A stretch of 64,000 bases of DNA from Polyangiales bacterium (GTDB taxonomy: Bacteria > Myxococcota_A > Polyangia > Polyangiales > JADJQN01): contig CAXNJO010000002.1 of NCBI GenBank assembly GCA_964202905.1, positions 576,001-640,000 on the forward strand, in the 5' to 3' direction. The position numbers and the translations under genes are program-made. Within the stretch, counting starts at the first letter, position 1, and every line of letters starts with the position of its first letter. The notes under the pieces were generated by a model. That model was not told the DNA's origin, ran no database searches, and saw nothing but the letters and a program-made list of their open reading frames with translations. Of this stretch, positions 31,650-41,674 are shown in pieces.

Positions 31650-32083
31650 GCACCCCCATCGCCGTCGAGTCCCCGACGTCCCCGCGCGCGGCTGCGCGAC
31701 GCTTCGGCTGGGCCTCGCTGCTCGTATGGTCCACGGCGGGCGTGCTGCTCGAGGCCGCGCACGGCTGGAAGCTCGCGGCGGTCCTCGACGACGAGCTGAC
31801 GCGCCTGCTGCTGCGCCTCGGTCACGCGCACGGCGCGGCGCTCGCGCTCGTCGTCCTCGCGTTCGGAGAGGCGGGCGCGCTGCTTTTTGCGGATCCCCTC
31901 GGCGCGCGGCGCGCGGGGGGCTTGCTGCGCGTCGCCGCGACGCTGGTGCCGCTCGGGTTCGCGCTCTCCGCGATCGCGCACCCGGAGGGCGATCCGGGCT
32001 TCGCGATCGTCCTCGTCCCGCCAGGCGCGCTCTGCCTGCTCGCGGGCCTCGCGCTCGTCACCCGCGCGGCGCACCGCCGCTGA
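31646..32083 (+). CDS. Four-TM membrane protein with a GHAHG motif
   Basis: Hydrophobic helices; ATGA overlap with the cytochrome stop. Confidence 0.75.
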   Translation: MSTPIAVESPTSPRAAARRFGWASLLVWSTAGVLLEAAHGWKLAAVLDDELTRLLLRLGHAHGAALALVVLAFGEAGALLFADPLGARRAGGLLRVAATLVPLGFALSAIAHPEGDPGFAIVLVPPGALCLLAGLALVTRAAHRR

Positions 32084-32846
32084 ACACCGCGATCGCCGCG
32101 AGGTGTCGCCCCGACGCCGCCCCGTCGCGGCGGAACGAGTAGAAGCGCGCCGCCTCACACCGCGTGCAGCCGCCCGTGTCGTCGCGGTGTGCGGCCTCGA
32201 CGCCGAGCGCGTGAAGCTGCGCGGCGACCACGGCCGCGAGGTCCACGTGCGGCGTGCCGCGCGCGCCACCGGCTGCGACGAACGAGGCGCCCTCCGCGAC
32301 GCGCTCGAGCGCCGCGACGACCTCCTCGCCCACCTCGAAACAGCAAGGGCGGATGTGCGGCCCGATCGCGGCTCGCAGATCATCCGGATGGCTCCCGCCT
32401 GCGACGAGCGCCTCCACCGCACGCGCGACGATCGACGCCGCGACCCCGCGCCACCCGCCATGCACGGCCGCGACCGCCCCCGTCCGCACGTCCGCGAGCA
32501 ACAGCGGGAGACAATCGGCCACGCGCACGCCGACGACCGCCCCGGACACCGCGGAGACGAGCGCGTCGGCCGGCTCCGCGCGCACGGCGTCGGGCGCATC
32601 CCCGGACCTGACGACGCGCACGGCCACACCGTGGACCTGCGTGACCTCGAAGAGGCGACCCGCCGGATAGCCGACCGACGCCGCGAACCGCCGGTGGTTC
32701 TCCTCAACGTTCACAGAATCGTCACCAAGCCCGCGACCAAGGTTCAGCGACGCGAAACCGCCCGCGCTCGCGCCCCCTGTACGCAGCGAGAATCCGTGCG
32801 TGAAACCGGCGTTTTCGAGCATCGGCGAGCGCAGCGCGAGAGGCAC
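32058..32846 (-). CDS. pgeF: YfiH/PgeF purine nucleoside phosphorylase (polyphenol oxidase family)
   Basis: HGFS.R.GG, SLNLG, QVHG, VADCLP, AVHGGWRG, FYSFRR. Confidence 0.92.
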   Translation of the reverse strand: MPLALRSPMLENAGFTHGFSLRTGGASAGGFASLNLGRGLGDDSVNVEENHRRFAASVGYPAGRLFEVTQVHGVAVRVVRSGDAPDAVRAEPADALVSAVSGAVVGVRVADCLPLLLADVRTGAVAAVHGGWRGVAASIVARAVEALVAGGSHPDDLRAAIGPHIRPCCFEVGEEVVAALERVAEGASFVAAGGARGTPHVDLAAVVAAQLHALGVEAAHRDDTGGCTRCEAARFYSFRRDGAASGRHLAAIAVFSGGAPRG

Positions 32847-32975
32847 CGGCGGAGCCTGCCACGGGCCGCGCCCCGCCGGGAAGTCGCGGTTCCACACGGG
32901 TGGCCGCGCCCGGATTCGCTGTCTATCCTCGCCGCGGTTTTCGGCCAGTTCGGCACACCCCGAGGGATCCGCGCC

Positions 32976-34445
32976 ATGTTCGAAGCCCTCACCGTCGATC
33001 CGCTCACGCCGCTCGCCACGGCGTTTCTCGTCGTGGCGCTGCTCGTCGCGTGCGGTTTCGAGTTCGTCAACGGATTCCACGACACCGCCAACGCGGTCGC
33101 GACGGTCATCTACACGAACGCCCTGCGCCCGTGGCGCGCGGTCGTGCTCTCCGGCTTCTTCAACTTCGTCGGCGTGCTCGCGGGCGGCGTCAGCGTCGCG
33201 ATGGGCATCATCAAGCTGCTGCCGACCGAGCTGCTCGTGGCGCAGGGCTCCGGCGTCGCGCTCGCGATGGTCATGGCGCTCCTCGGCGGCGCCATCCTCT
33301 GGAATCTCGGCACCTGGTACCTCGGGCTGCCCGCGTCGTCCTCCCACACGCTCATCGGCGCGATCATCGGCGTCGGACTGGCCAACTCGCTCACGCCGGG
33401 CCACCAGCTCGGCGAGGGCGTCAACTGGTCGAAGGCCGGCGACATCGGCCTCGCGCTGCTGCTCTCCCCGCTCTTCGGCTTCACGGTCGCCGCGCTCCTG
33501 CTGGTGCTGCTCCGCAACTTCGTGCGCGACGCGCGGCTCTTCAAGCCCCCTGCAGGCCACGCCCCGCCGCCGCTCTGGATCCGATCGCTGCTCATCGCCA
33601 CGTGCAGCGGCGTCTCCTTCGCGCACGGCCAGAACGACGGCCAGAAGGGCGTCGGTCTCATCATGCTCATCCTCGTCGGCATCGCGCCGGGCGGTTTCGC
33701 GCTCGACCTCGAAGCGGACGCGGCGCGGGTGCGCGCGGCGCGGGTCGCCGTGCACGAGATCGACGAGCTGCTCGTGCACGCCGAGATCCTCGCCGACGGG
33801 GACGAGGCCGCGCGCCTCGACGCGTCGATCCCCGCCGACGCGCAGCGCATCGACGACCCGCGCGCCGGCGCGCTCGTCGCGCTGCACCGCCTCGAGCGGC
33901 TGCTCGACGACCGGGCGCGCGTGCAAGACATCCCACGCGAGGAGCGCTTCCGCGTGCGGCAGGCGGTGCTGCTGCTCGACGACGCGCTGAAGTCGCTCGG
34001 CAAGGCGGACGCCCTCGCTGCCCTCACCGGCGCCCAGAAGAAGGCGCTCGACGCGCACCGCGACGAGATCAAGGGGCTCACCGACTACGCGCCGCGCTGG
34101 GTGCTGCTCGCCGTGGCGCTCTCGCTCGGCATCGGCACGATGTTCGGCTGGAAGCGCATCGTCGTGACGATCGGCGAGAAGATCGGCAAGGCGCACCTCA
34201 CGTACGCGCAGGGCGCGGCCGCCGAGCTCGTCGCGGCGAGCACCATCTACGTCTCGGGCCAGCTCGGCCTGCCCGTGAGCACCACGCACGTGCTCTCGTC
34301 GGGCATCGCCGGCACGATGGTCGCGCAGAAGTCCGGCCTGCAGCGCGCCACGGTGCGCAACATCCTGCTCGCGTGGCTCCTGACGCTGCCCGCCTCGATG
34401 CTGCTGTCGGGCGGCCTCTTCCTGCTCTTCCGCCTCTTCGTGTAG
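32976..34445 (+). CDS. pitA: Inorganic phosphate transporter (PiT family)
   Basis: NGFHDTANAVAT, SSSHTLIG, AHGQNDGQK, PVSTTH. Confidence 0.95.
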   Translation: MFEALTVDPLTPLATAFLVVALLVACGFEFVNGFHDTANAVATVIYTNALRPWRAVVLSGFFNFVGVLAGGVSVAMGIIKLLPTELLVAQGSGVALAMVMALLGGAILWNLGTWYLGLPASSSHTLIGAIIGVGLANSLTPGHQLGEGVNWSKAGDIGLALLLSPLFGFTVAALLLVLLRNFVRDARLFKPPAGHAPPPLWIRSLLIATCSGVSFAHGQNDGQKGVGLIMLILVGIAPGGFALDLEADAARVRAARVAVHEIDELLVHAEILADGDEAARLDASIPADAQRIDDPRAGALVALHRLERLLDDRARVQDIPREERFRVRQAVLLLDDALKSLGKADALAALTGAQKKALDAHRDEIKGLTDYAPRWVLLAVALSLGIGTMFGWKRIVVTIGEKIGKAHLTYAQGAAAELVAASTIYVSGQLGLPVSTTHVLSSGIAGTMVAQKSGLQRATVRNILLAWLLTLPASMLLSGGLFLLFRLFV

Positions 34446-34496
34446 CCCCGTGCGCCCGTTGCCGCGCGCCGCGCGGCGGCGTACAAGGCGGCCTCG

Positions 34497-34922
34497 ATGG
34501 CACACACATTCCCGTCCCCCGAATGGACCGCGGCCTACAAGGACGCCGTCAACGGCAACGCCGCCTACCGCGAAGCCGGCAAGACGTGGACGCACGGCGC
34601 CGTCGCGTTCGTCGTCGAGAAGGACGCCGCGCTCGGCCTCCCGGACGACTGCGCGATGGTCCTCGACGTGAACGCGGGCGAGTGCCGCGAGACGCACTGG
34701 GTCGCGCGCGCGGTCGCCGAAGCCGAGGCGCCGTTCGTGATCGTCGGCCGCTACGATCGCTGGCGCGACGTGATCACCGGCAAGGACGACCCGATCAAGT
34801 CGATGATGCAGAACAAGTTGCGGCTCGTGAAGGGCCACCTCCCCACGATCATCCGGTACGTCGAGTCTTCCCGGCAACTCGTGAAGAGCGCGTCCGCCGT
34901 CGACAGCCACTGGCTCGCGTGA
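34497..34922 (+). CDS. SCP2 sterol/lipid-binding domain protein
   Basis: FPSPEW..Y..AGKTW..W..VI.G..DPI..MM..KL. Confidence 0.8.
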   Translation: MAHTFPSPEWTAAYKDAVNGNAAYREAGKTWTHGAVAFVVEKDAALGLPDDCAMVLDVNAGECRETHWVARAVAEAEAPFVIVGRYDRWRDVITGKDDPIKSMMQNKLRLVKGHLPTIIRYVESSRQLVKSASAVDSHWLA

Positions 34923-35350
34923 TGACCGAGGTCATCGAGCTCGCGCCCGGCGCCTCCGAGAACGGCCTCGCGACCATGCTCGCGGACCTGCTCCGGCAAA
35001 ACCTCGCCGACAAACCGCACAAGCGCGCCGACTTCGCGCGACTCGCAGGCCGCGTCGCCATCGTCGCCGAGGACGCCGGCGTCGCGCTCACGCTCGAGTT
35101 CGATCGCGGGCGTCTCGTCGTGCACGACGGGATCGTCGGCATCCCGGACGTCACCGTGCGCGCACCGAGCGACGACGTGATGGCGATGTCGCTCGTCGAA
35201 CTCACGCCCCGTCGCGCACTCCCGGACCCGCGCGGCGAGACCATGCGCAAGCTCTGGCAGGGCATGCGCGGCGATCGCATCCACATCCACGGCGCCCTGC
35301 TCCACGCGCCGCTCATGCTGCGCCTCACCCGTGTGATGAGCGTCCACTGA
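34922..35350 (+). CDS. Second SCP2-like protein
   Basis: TGATG overlap; TLEFDRGRLVVHDG..PDVTV..G..IHIHG. Confidence 0.65.
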   Translation: MTEVIELAPGASENGLATMLADLLRQNLADKPHKRADFARLAGRVAIVAEDAGVALTLEFDRGRLVVHDGIVGIPDVTVRAPSDDVMAMSLVELTPRRALPDPRGETMRKLWQGMRGDRIHIHGALLHAPLMLRLTRVMSVH

Positions 35351-35439
35351 CCGAGTCCGCGGGGATCGGACGCCGGGAACCGCCGGTTCGTGCTTGACGC
35401 CCTCGGGCCGTTTGCTAAAAGGCTCCTCCTGTTGGCAGA

Positions 35440-35526
35440 GCGGATGTGGCGGAATTGGCATACGCGCCAGACTAAGGATCTGGTGGGGTAACTCCCGTGA
35501 AGGTTCAAGTCCTTTCGTCCGCACCA
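35440..35526 (+). tRNA. tRNA-Leu, anticodon AAG as sequenced
   Basis: GCGGATG acceptor stem, CCAGA-CTAAGGA-TCTGG anticodon arm, long variable arm, GGTTCAAGTCC T-arm, ACCA end. Confidence 0.93.
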
Positions 35527-35556
35527 CGGTAGGTTGAGTCAGAGAGTCGTTCGAGC

Positions 35557-35588
35557 GCGGCGCGCACCCCCGGGTGGGCGCCGTTTCT
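35557..35588 (+). terminator. Probable intrinsic terminator after tRNA-Leu
   Basis: GCGGCGC..ACCC CC GGGT..GCGCCGT followed by TTCT. Confidence 0.45.
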
Positions 35589-35591
35589 CGT

Positions 35592-35639
35592 CCGTCTGGC
35601 AGGAGGGCCGTCGGGCAGGAGGGCCGTCTGGCGGGAGGG
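35592..35639. repeat. Three 16-bp tandem repeats
   Basis: CCGTCTGGCAGGAGGG / CCGTCGGGCAGGAGGG / CCGTCTGGCGGGAGGG. Confidence 0.85.
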
Positions 35640-35811
35640 GTGTCCGGCTGCAGTGTTCGCTGACTGCGGGGGTTTTCGGGCCGCAGCGTCCCCCGGCTGG
35701 GGCAGCCTCCAACTGGCTGCATCGCCGAAGACGAACGCAGTTCTTGACCCGCACGCCCCGCCGTGCGGGAATCCCCCTCCGCTGGGGGCCATGTCGGCTC
35801 GGGAGGCGCGC

Positions 35812-36171
35812 ATGTTCCGCGAAGCGCTGCAACAGGTCGTCGACGGTACGGAGGGCGCCATCGCCGCCATCCTGATGGGCTACGACGGCATCCCCGTGGA
35901 GCAATACCTCGCGGGCGATACCTCGCTGAACGTCGAGACCATCGGCATGGAGTTCAGCGTCGTGCTCTCGCAGATCCGCAAGGCCGCCGAGATGCTCGAG
36001 GCGGGCGCGGCGCGCGAGGTCACGATCCAGGCGGAGCAGATGACGACCGTCATCCGCCTGCTCAACGACGAGTACTTCGTCGCGGTCGCGGTCGCGCCGA
36101 GCGGCAACACGGGCAAGGCCCGCTACCTGCTGCGCACCGGCGCCGGCAAGCTGCTCGACGCCCTCGGCTGA
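35812..36171 (+). CDS. mglC: Roadblock/LC7 polarity protein, MglC-like
   Basis: MFREALQQVVD..MGYDGI..EYFVAVA..GNTGKARYLLR resembles M. xanthus MglC; lies upstream of accBC and sgmX. Confidence 0.8.
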   Translation: MFREALQQVVDGTEGAIAAILMGYDGIPVEQYLAGDTSLNVETIGMEFSVVLSQIRKAAEMLEAGAAREVTIQAEQMTTVIRLLNDEYFVAVAVAPSGNTGKARYLLRTGAGKLLDALG

Positions 36172-36186
36172 CCCGCGCAGCCGGCG

Positions 36187-36687
36187 ATGCGCGTCCTCGT
36201 CCTGCACGGCCCGAACCTGAACCTGCTCGGGCGCCGCGAGCCGCAGATCTACGGCCGCGAGCCGCTCTCCGCGATCGACACCCGACTCCGTGCCCTCGCC
36301 GACGAGCTCGGCGTCTCGCTCGACATCCACCAGTCGAACCTCGAGGGCGAGCTCGTCACGCGCGTGCAGCGGGCGCTCGGCGTCGCCGACGGAATCCTCC
36401 TGAACCCGGCGGCCTACACGCACACGTCGATCGCGTTGCGCGACGCGCTCGCAGCCGTCGCGCTTCCCGCGGTCGAGGTGCACCTCTCGAACATCCACGC
36501 GCGCGAAGAGTTTCGGCAGCGGTCGCTCACGGCGGCCGCGTGCCTCGGTGTGGTCGGCGGATTCGGCGCCGAGAGCTACCTGCTCGGGCTGCGCGCGCTG
36601 GTCGGACACCTCCGCGCGGCAGGCCCCACCCCGGCGCCCGCCGCCCGGGCCGTCCGCGCCCCTCGTCGCGCGCGGCGCCCGCACTGA
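36187..36687 (+). CDS. aroQ: Type II 3-dehydroquinate dehydratase
   Basis: [30 protein letters not shown]. Confidence 0.97.
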   Translation: MRVLVLHGPNLNLLGRREPQIYGREPLSAIDTRLRALADELGVSLDIHQSNLEGELVTRVQRALGVADGILLNPAAYTHTSIALRDALAAVALPAVEVHLSNIHAREEFRQRSLTAAACLGVVGGFGAESYLLGLRALVGHLRAAGPTPAPAARAVRAPRRARRPH

Positions 36688-36782
36688 CGCGTTGCGTCGC
36701 GACAGACGCGCACGGAGCCGCTATAAGCGGCCGCGGCCCGAATGGGCCCGGGACCCACGCACGCCAAGGAGCCGCCTCTTCG

Positions 36783-37259
36783 ATGGACATCGACCTCAAG
36801 CAGCTGCGCGAGCTGATGCGCGCCCTCAAGCAGTTCGACATCCGTGAGCTCGCCATCGAGAAGGGCGACGAGAAGATCAAACTCGTCCGCGAGGGCGGTG
36901 CGCCTGCGGGCGGCCCGTTGTCCTACGTCGCCTCGCACGGTTACTCGATGGCGCCGCCCCCCGCGCAGGCCGCGGTCGTGGCGAACACCGCGCCCGTGCT
37001 CGCGGTCGACGACCCCAGCCTCGTCTACGTCACGTCCCCCTTCGTCGGGACGTTCTACCGCTCGCCCTCGCCCGACTCGCCATCGTTCGTCGAGGTCGGC
37101 AGCACGATCCGGCCCGGACAAGTGCTCTGCATCGTCGAAGCGATGAAGCTCATGAACGAGATCGAGGCCGAGATCGCCGGCACGGTGGTGGACCTCCTCA
37201 TCGAGAACGGCAAGCCCGTCGAGTACGGCGACAAGCTCTTCCGCGTCCGCAAGGTCTGA
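36783..37259 (+). CDS. accB: Biotin carboxyl carrier protein
   Basis: [17 protein letters not shown]. Confidence 0.97.
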   Translation: MDIDLKQLRELMRALKQFDIRELAIEKGDEKIKLVREGGAPAGGPLSYVASHGYSMAPPPAQAAVVANTAPVLAVDDPSLVYVTSPFVGTFYRSPSPDSPSFVEVGSTIRPGQVLCIVEAMKLMNEIEAEIAGTVVDLLIENGKPVEYGDKLFRVRKV

Positions 37260-37272
37260 GACGAGCGCCGCC

Positions 37273-38619
37273 GTGTTCAAGAAGATCCTGATCGCGAACC
37301 GCGGCGAGATCGCGCTGCGCATCATCCGCGCCTGCCGCGAGCTCGGCATCGCCACGGTCGCGGTGCACAGCGAGGTCGACGCGCAGGCGCTCCACGTGCG
37401 GTTCGCGGACGAGGCCGTGTGCATCGGCCCGGCGCCGGCGCGGCAGAGCTACCTGCACGTGCCGGCCATCATCGCCGCCGCCGAGATCACCGGCGCCGAC
37501 GCCGTACACCCCGGCTACGGCTTCCTCTCCGAGAACGCCGAGTTCGCCTCGATCTGCGCGCAGTGCGGGCTCGATTTCATCGGCCCGACCCCGGAGGACA
37601 TGCGGCGCTGGGGAGACAAGGTCTCCGCGCGCGAAGCCGCGCGGGAGTACGGGCTCCCGCTGCTCCCCGGCACCGAGGTCCTGCTCGACGCGGATCACGC
37701 GGCGTCCGAGGCCACGCGCATCGGCCTCCCCGTGATGCTCAAGGCCGCAGGCGGTGGCGGCGGCCGCGGGATGAAGATCATCCGCAGCGCCGAGGAGATG
37801 CGGCGCCTGTTCCCGCAGGCCCAGCAGGAGGCGATCGCCGGCTTCAAGAACGGGAACCTCTACTGCGAGCGCTTCGTCGAGGAGCCGCGCCACATCGAGT
37901 TCCAGGTGCTCTGCGACGGCGCGGGCGCCGCGTACGTGCTCGGCGAGCGCGAGTGCTCGATCCAGCGACGCCACCAGAAACTCCTCGAAGAAGCGCCGAG
38001 CGTCGCGGTGTCGGCGGAACTCCGCGCGACCATGACGCAGGTCATCGCGAACGCGATGCGACGCAGCGGCTACCGCTCGCTCGGCACGCTCGAGTTCCTG
38101 ATGGCCGAGGACGGCTCGCTCTCCTTCATGGAGATGAACACCCGCGTGCAGGTCGAGCACCCCGTCACCGAGATGGTCACGGGCATCGACCTCGTCGCCG
38201 AGCAGATCCGCATGGCGGCCGGCGAGGCGCCGAGCTTCGCCGACACGCTCGGCGCCGACGCGCCGATCCTCCCGCGGGGCCACTCGATCGAGTGCCGCAT
38301 CAACGCCGAAGACCCGGTGACCTACGCGCCCTGGCCCGGGCTCATCACCGAGTACCACCCGCCCGGCGGCGCGGGCGTCCGCGTCGACAGCGGCGTGTAC
38401 GGCGGGTTCCGCGTGCCGAGCCACTACGACTCGATGATCGCCAAGGTCATCACGCAGGGCCGCACGCGCGCCGAGGCGATCGCTCGGATGCGCCGCGCGC
38501 TCTCGGAGATGATCGTCACGGGGATCCGCACGAACATCTCCCTCCACCAGCGCATCCTCGAGCACCCGGACTTCGTGTCCGGCAAGCTCTCCACGCGCTT
38601 CCTCGAGCGGCTGGGGTGA
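37273..38619 (+). CDS. accC: Biotin carboxylase
   Basis: [42 protein letters not shown]. Confidence 0.98.
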   Translation: MFKKILIANRGEIALRIIRACRELGIATVAVHSEVDAQALHVRFADEAVCIGPAPARQSYLHVPAIIAAAEITGADAVHPGYGFLSENAEFASICAQCGLDFIGPTPEDMRRWGDKVSAREAAREYGLPLLPGTEVLLDADHAASEATRIGLPVMLKAAGGGGGRGMKIIRSAEEMRRLFPQAQQEAIAGFKNGNLYCERFVEEPRHIEFQVLCDGAGAAYVLGERECSIQRRHQKLLEEAPSVAVSAELRATMTQVIANAMRRSGYRSLGTLEFLMAEDGSLSFMEMNTRVQVEHPVTEMVTGIDLVAEQIRMAAGEAPSFADTLGADAPILPRGHSIECRINAEDPVTYAPWPGLITEYHPPGGAGVRVDSGVYGGFRVPSHYDSMIAKVITQGRTRAEAIARMRRALSEMIVTGIRTNISLHQRILEHPDFVSGKLSTRFLERLG

Positions 38620-38764
38620 CGCGCGCAAAATCCCTCGGATTCGCAGGGTTTTTCGAGCATCGCGCGCGGCTCGTGGCGCTTGACCCCGGAGCCGCCGCGG
38701 ACCTATCCTCGTCGCTCCGGCTTGGGACGCTCGCCCGAGTCCCCCTCGCCCGCCGGGAGCCAGC

Positions 38765-41581
38765 GTGAGCCTCGACCGCACCAAGATCCTCGATCAGGCC
38801 CAGAAGCACCTTCAAAGGGGCGCTCTGGACAAAGCGATCATCGAGTACCAGAAGCTCGTCAAAGACGACCCGCAGGACGTCCGGACGTGGCTGAAGATTG
38901 GCGACCTGTACACGCGTACGGGCTCGACGCGGGACGCCGTCGACACGTACGGGCGGGTCGCCGAGACCTACGCGCAGCAGGGCTTCTTCTTGAAGGCGGT
39001 CGCCGTCTACAAGCAGATTCTCAAGCTCGATCCGCAATCGCTCGACACGCAGCTGCGGCTAGCGGGCATGTACGAGCACCTCGCGCTCGTCTCCGACGCG
39101 CTCGCGACGTACGAGCAGGTCGCCGCGGTGTTCGCGCGCGAAGGGCAGCTCGAGCGCGGCTTGCAGACGATGGCGCGGATGGTTGAGCTCGACCCCGAGA
39201 ACATCCCCGTGCGCATCAAGCTCGCGGAGTCGCTCTCGAAGGCCGGCAAGACGGCCGAGGCCGCGACCGAGTTCGAGGCGGGCGCACGGCTCCTGCGCGA
39301 GCAGGGCCGCATCGATGACTTCATCAAGGTCGGCGAGCGCCTTCTCTTCCACCGCCCCGACGACGTGAAGCTCGCGCGCGACCTCGCGACGCTCTACCTC
39401 GAGCGCAACGACGCGAAGCGCGCGCTTGCCAAGCTGCAGTCCTGCTTCAAGGCCGACCCGAAGGACGTCGTCACGCTCGAGTTGCTCGGGCAGGCGTTTC
39501 TCGGGCTGCAACAGCAGCAGAAGACCATCAGCGTCTTCAAGGAGATCGCCCGCATCCACCAGGACGCAGGCCGTACGGACCAGCGCGCGCGCATCCTGCA
39601 CAGGATCCTCGAGCTCGATCCGGGCGACGCCGACGCGCGGCAAGCGCTCGCCGGCAGCGCGACCCCCGCCAAGGGCACGCAGCGAGGCTCGATCGACGCG
39701 CCGCCTCCGGCATCGGTGGTACAGCCGGGCGCGCCCCGCGACGCCGCGAACACCTCCCCTGCCGCGCCGCGCGGCCGCCCCGGAAGCCGCGACGTCGAGG
39801 ACTCCGACGAGGAGATCCTCATCGAGGACGAGGGCTCGCAAGCCGCGGCGGCGCCGCGCGGCGCAAAGCCCGATCCCGCCCGTGAAGCGCAGATCGCGCG
39901 ATTGCTCAACGAGTGCGCGGTCTTTCAGCGCTACGGCCTCAAGCAGAAGGTCATCGAGCAGCTCGAGCGGGTGCTCACGCTCGACCCGGGCCACGTCGAA
40001 GCGCGGGACCGCCTGAAGAGCGCGTACCTCGAGGCGAACCGCGTCGGGGACGCGATCAGCCAGCTGCGCATGCTGGTCGATCTGCTCCTCGACGATCACC
40101 CCGACCTGGCCGTCACCGCGCTGCGCGAGTTGATCGCGCTCGCTCCCGACGACGAGGACGCCCGTCAAAAGCTCGCGATCCTCGACGACGAGCCGCCATT
40201 CGACGGCGAGACGCACGTCGGGGACGACACGCTCGGCGGCGGGGCCGTCGAGGCTGCCAGCCCCGTGCCGGAGGACGACGACGCCGTGATGTTCGTCGAT
40301 GACGACGCCGCCGAGAGCACGGCCACCGTCGACGCCTTCGACGACGCGACCCACGCCGGGCCCCCGCTCGACGCGACGTACGACGACGCTCGCCCCGCAC
40401 ACGTGTCGCCGCCTCTCGAGACGGTGCAAGACGGGATGTCCATCGGTCCCGCGACCGTGCACGAGCATCGCCTCGCGGACGAGACCTCCGAGGAGTCCCG
40501 CGACGCATCCCGGGGTGCTGGGACCTCTGGGGGCGACGACCTGACGACGATCCCCGGATCGGCGCTTCCCGGTCTGGGCGCAGAGGCGTTCGCGTCTCCC
40601 GGTGGAGACGCAGACGCGTTCGAGGCCCCCGCTGCCGAGGCGGCGCCCGTCGTCCCGGACGCGGCGCGCCCGGGCCCCCGCGCCGCGCCAAGCCCCGCTG
40701 AGATCGAGGAGATCCTCGACGAGGTGGAGTTCTACCTCGCGCAGGGGCTGGTCGATGAGGCGCGCGAGACGCTCACCGACACCCTCGCCTCGCACCCCGG
40801 ACACCCGCTCATCCTCGAGAAGCTCGCCGACCTCGACGGGGACGGGCACGCCGGGGACCCCGCGCTCGAGTCCGAACCGGAGATCGAAGCGGAGTTCGAG
40901 CCCGAGCCGGAGATCGAAGCCGAGGCCCTCCTCGGGAGCGACGTGCGACTCGAGGACGACGCACCGTTCGAGTCGGTCGCCGGCGACGGGGACGACGCGT
41001 TCCTGCTCGCTGAGCGGCTCGCGGCCGACGTCGAGCCGATGGACGAGCCCGTCGGCACTGCGCCGGCCGTCGACGTCGACCAGGTCTTCGCCCAGTTCAA
41101 GAAGGGCGTCGAGGAGCAGATCGGCCTCGAGGACACCGACACGCACTTCGATCTCGGCATCGCGTACAAGGAGATGGGCCTCCTCGATGACGCCATCGGC
41201 GAGTTCAAACTCTCCATGGCGAATCCCGTGAAGGAGTGCCTCGCCCACACCATGATCGGCCTCTGCTTCGTCGAGAAGGGCGCGATCGCCGACGCCATCG
41301 GGCACTTCAAGAAGGGCCTCTACTGCGACACGAAGAGCGAGCGCGAGGAGCTCGGGCTCTACTTCGAGCTCGGCGCCGCCTACGAGCTGCTGCACGACCC
41401 GAAGGAGGCGCTGTATTACTTCCAGAAGGTGCAGAAGCGCGACGCGGGCTTCCGCAACGCCGCTGCACGGGTCCGCGCGCTCGCCCAGCCGCGTCCCGCA
41501 CCGCCGCCGCCCGCGCCGAGCGCGACCGACGACGTCGATCGTGCCTTCGACGACCTGATGGGCGGCGGTGATGAGGGCTGA
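38765..41581 (+). CDS. sgmX: Large TPR protein, SgmX-like (type IV pili motility)
   Basis: N-terminal TPRs (GFFLKAVAVYKQILKL), acidic linker, C-terminal THFDLGIAYKEMGLLDDAI TPRs; synteny with mglC-accBC. Confidence 0.8.
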   Translation: MSLDRTKILDQAQKHLQRGALDKAIIEYQKLVKDDPQDVRTWLKIGDLYTRTGSTRDAVDTYGRVAETYAQQGFFLKAVAVYKQILKLDPQSLDTQLRLAGMYEHLALVSDALATYEQVAAVFAREGQLERGLQTMARMVELDPENIPVRIKLAESLSKAGKTAEAATEFEAGARLLREQGRIDDFIKVGERLLFHRPDDVKLARDLATLYLERNDAKRALAKLQSCFKADPKDVVTLELLGQAFLGLQQQQKTISVFKEIARIHQDAGRTDQRARILHRILELDPGDADARQALAGSATPAKGTQRGSIDAPPPASVVQPGAPRDAANTSPAAPRGRPGSRDVEDSDEEILIEDEGSQAAAAPRGAKPDPAREAQIARLLNECAVFQRYGLKQKVIEQLERVLTLDPGHVEARDRLKSAYLEANRVGDAISQLRMLVDLLLDDHPDLAVTALRELIALAPDDEDARQKLAILDDEPPFDGETHVGDDTLGGGAVEAASPVPEDDDAVMFVDDDAAESTATVDAFDDATHAGPPLDATYDDARPAHVSPPLETVQDGMSIGPATVHEHRLADETSEESRDASRGAGTSGGDDLTTIPGSALPGLGAEAFASPGGDADAFEAPAAEAAPVVPDAARPGPRAAPSPAEIEEILDEVEFYLAQGLVDEARETLTDTLASHPGHPLILEKLADLDGDGHAGDPALESEPEIEAEFEPEPEIEAEALLGSDVRLEDDAPFESVAGDGDDAFLLAERLAADVEPMDEPVGTAPAVDVDQVFAQFKKGVEEQIGLEDTDTHFDLGIAYKEMGLLDDAIGEFKLSMANPVKECLAHTMIGLCFVEKGAIADAIGHFKKGLYCDTKSEREELGLYFELGAAYELLHDPKEALYYFQKVQKRDAGFRNAAARVRALAQPRPAPPPPAPSATDDVDRAFDDLMGGGDEG

Positions 41582-41674
41582 CTGACACGCCGGCTGAGCG
41601 CCACGAGGGCTGACGGCGAATCCGAATCTGGCACCCTGCGAGCGTTGGCAGCGCGTGGCTGCGGGAGGTGCACG

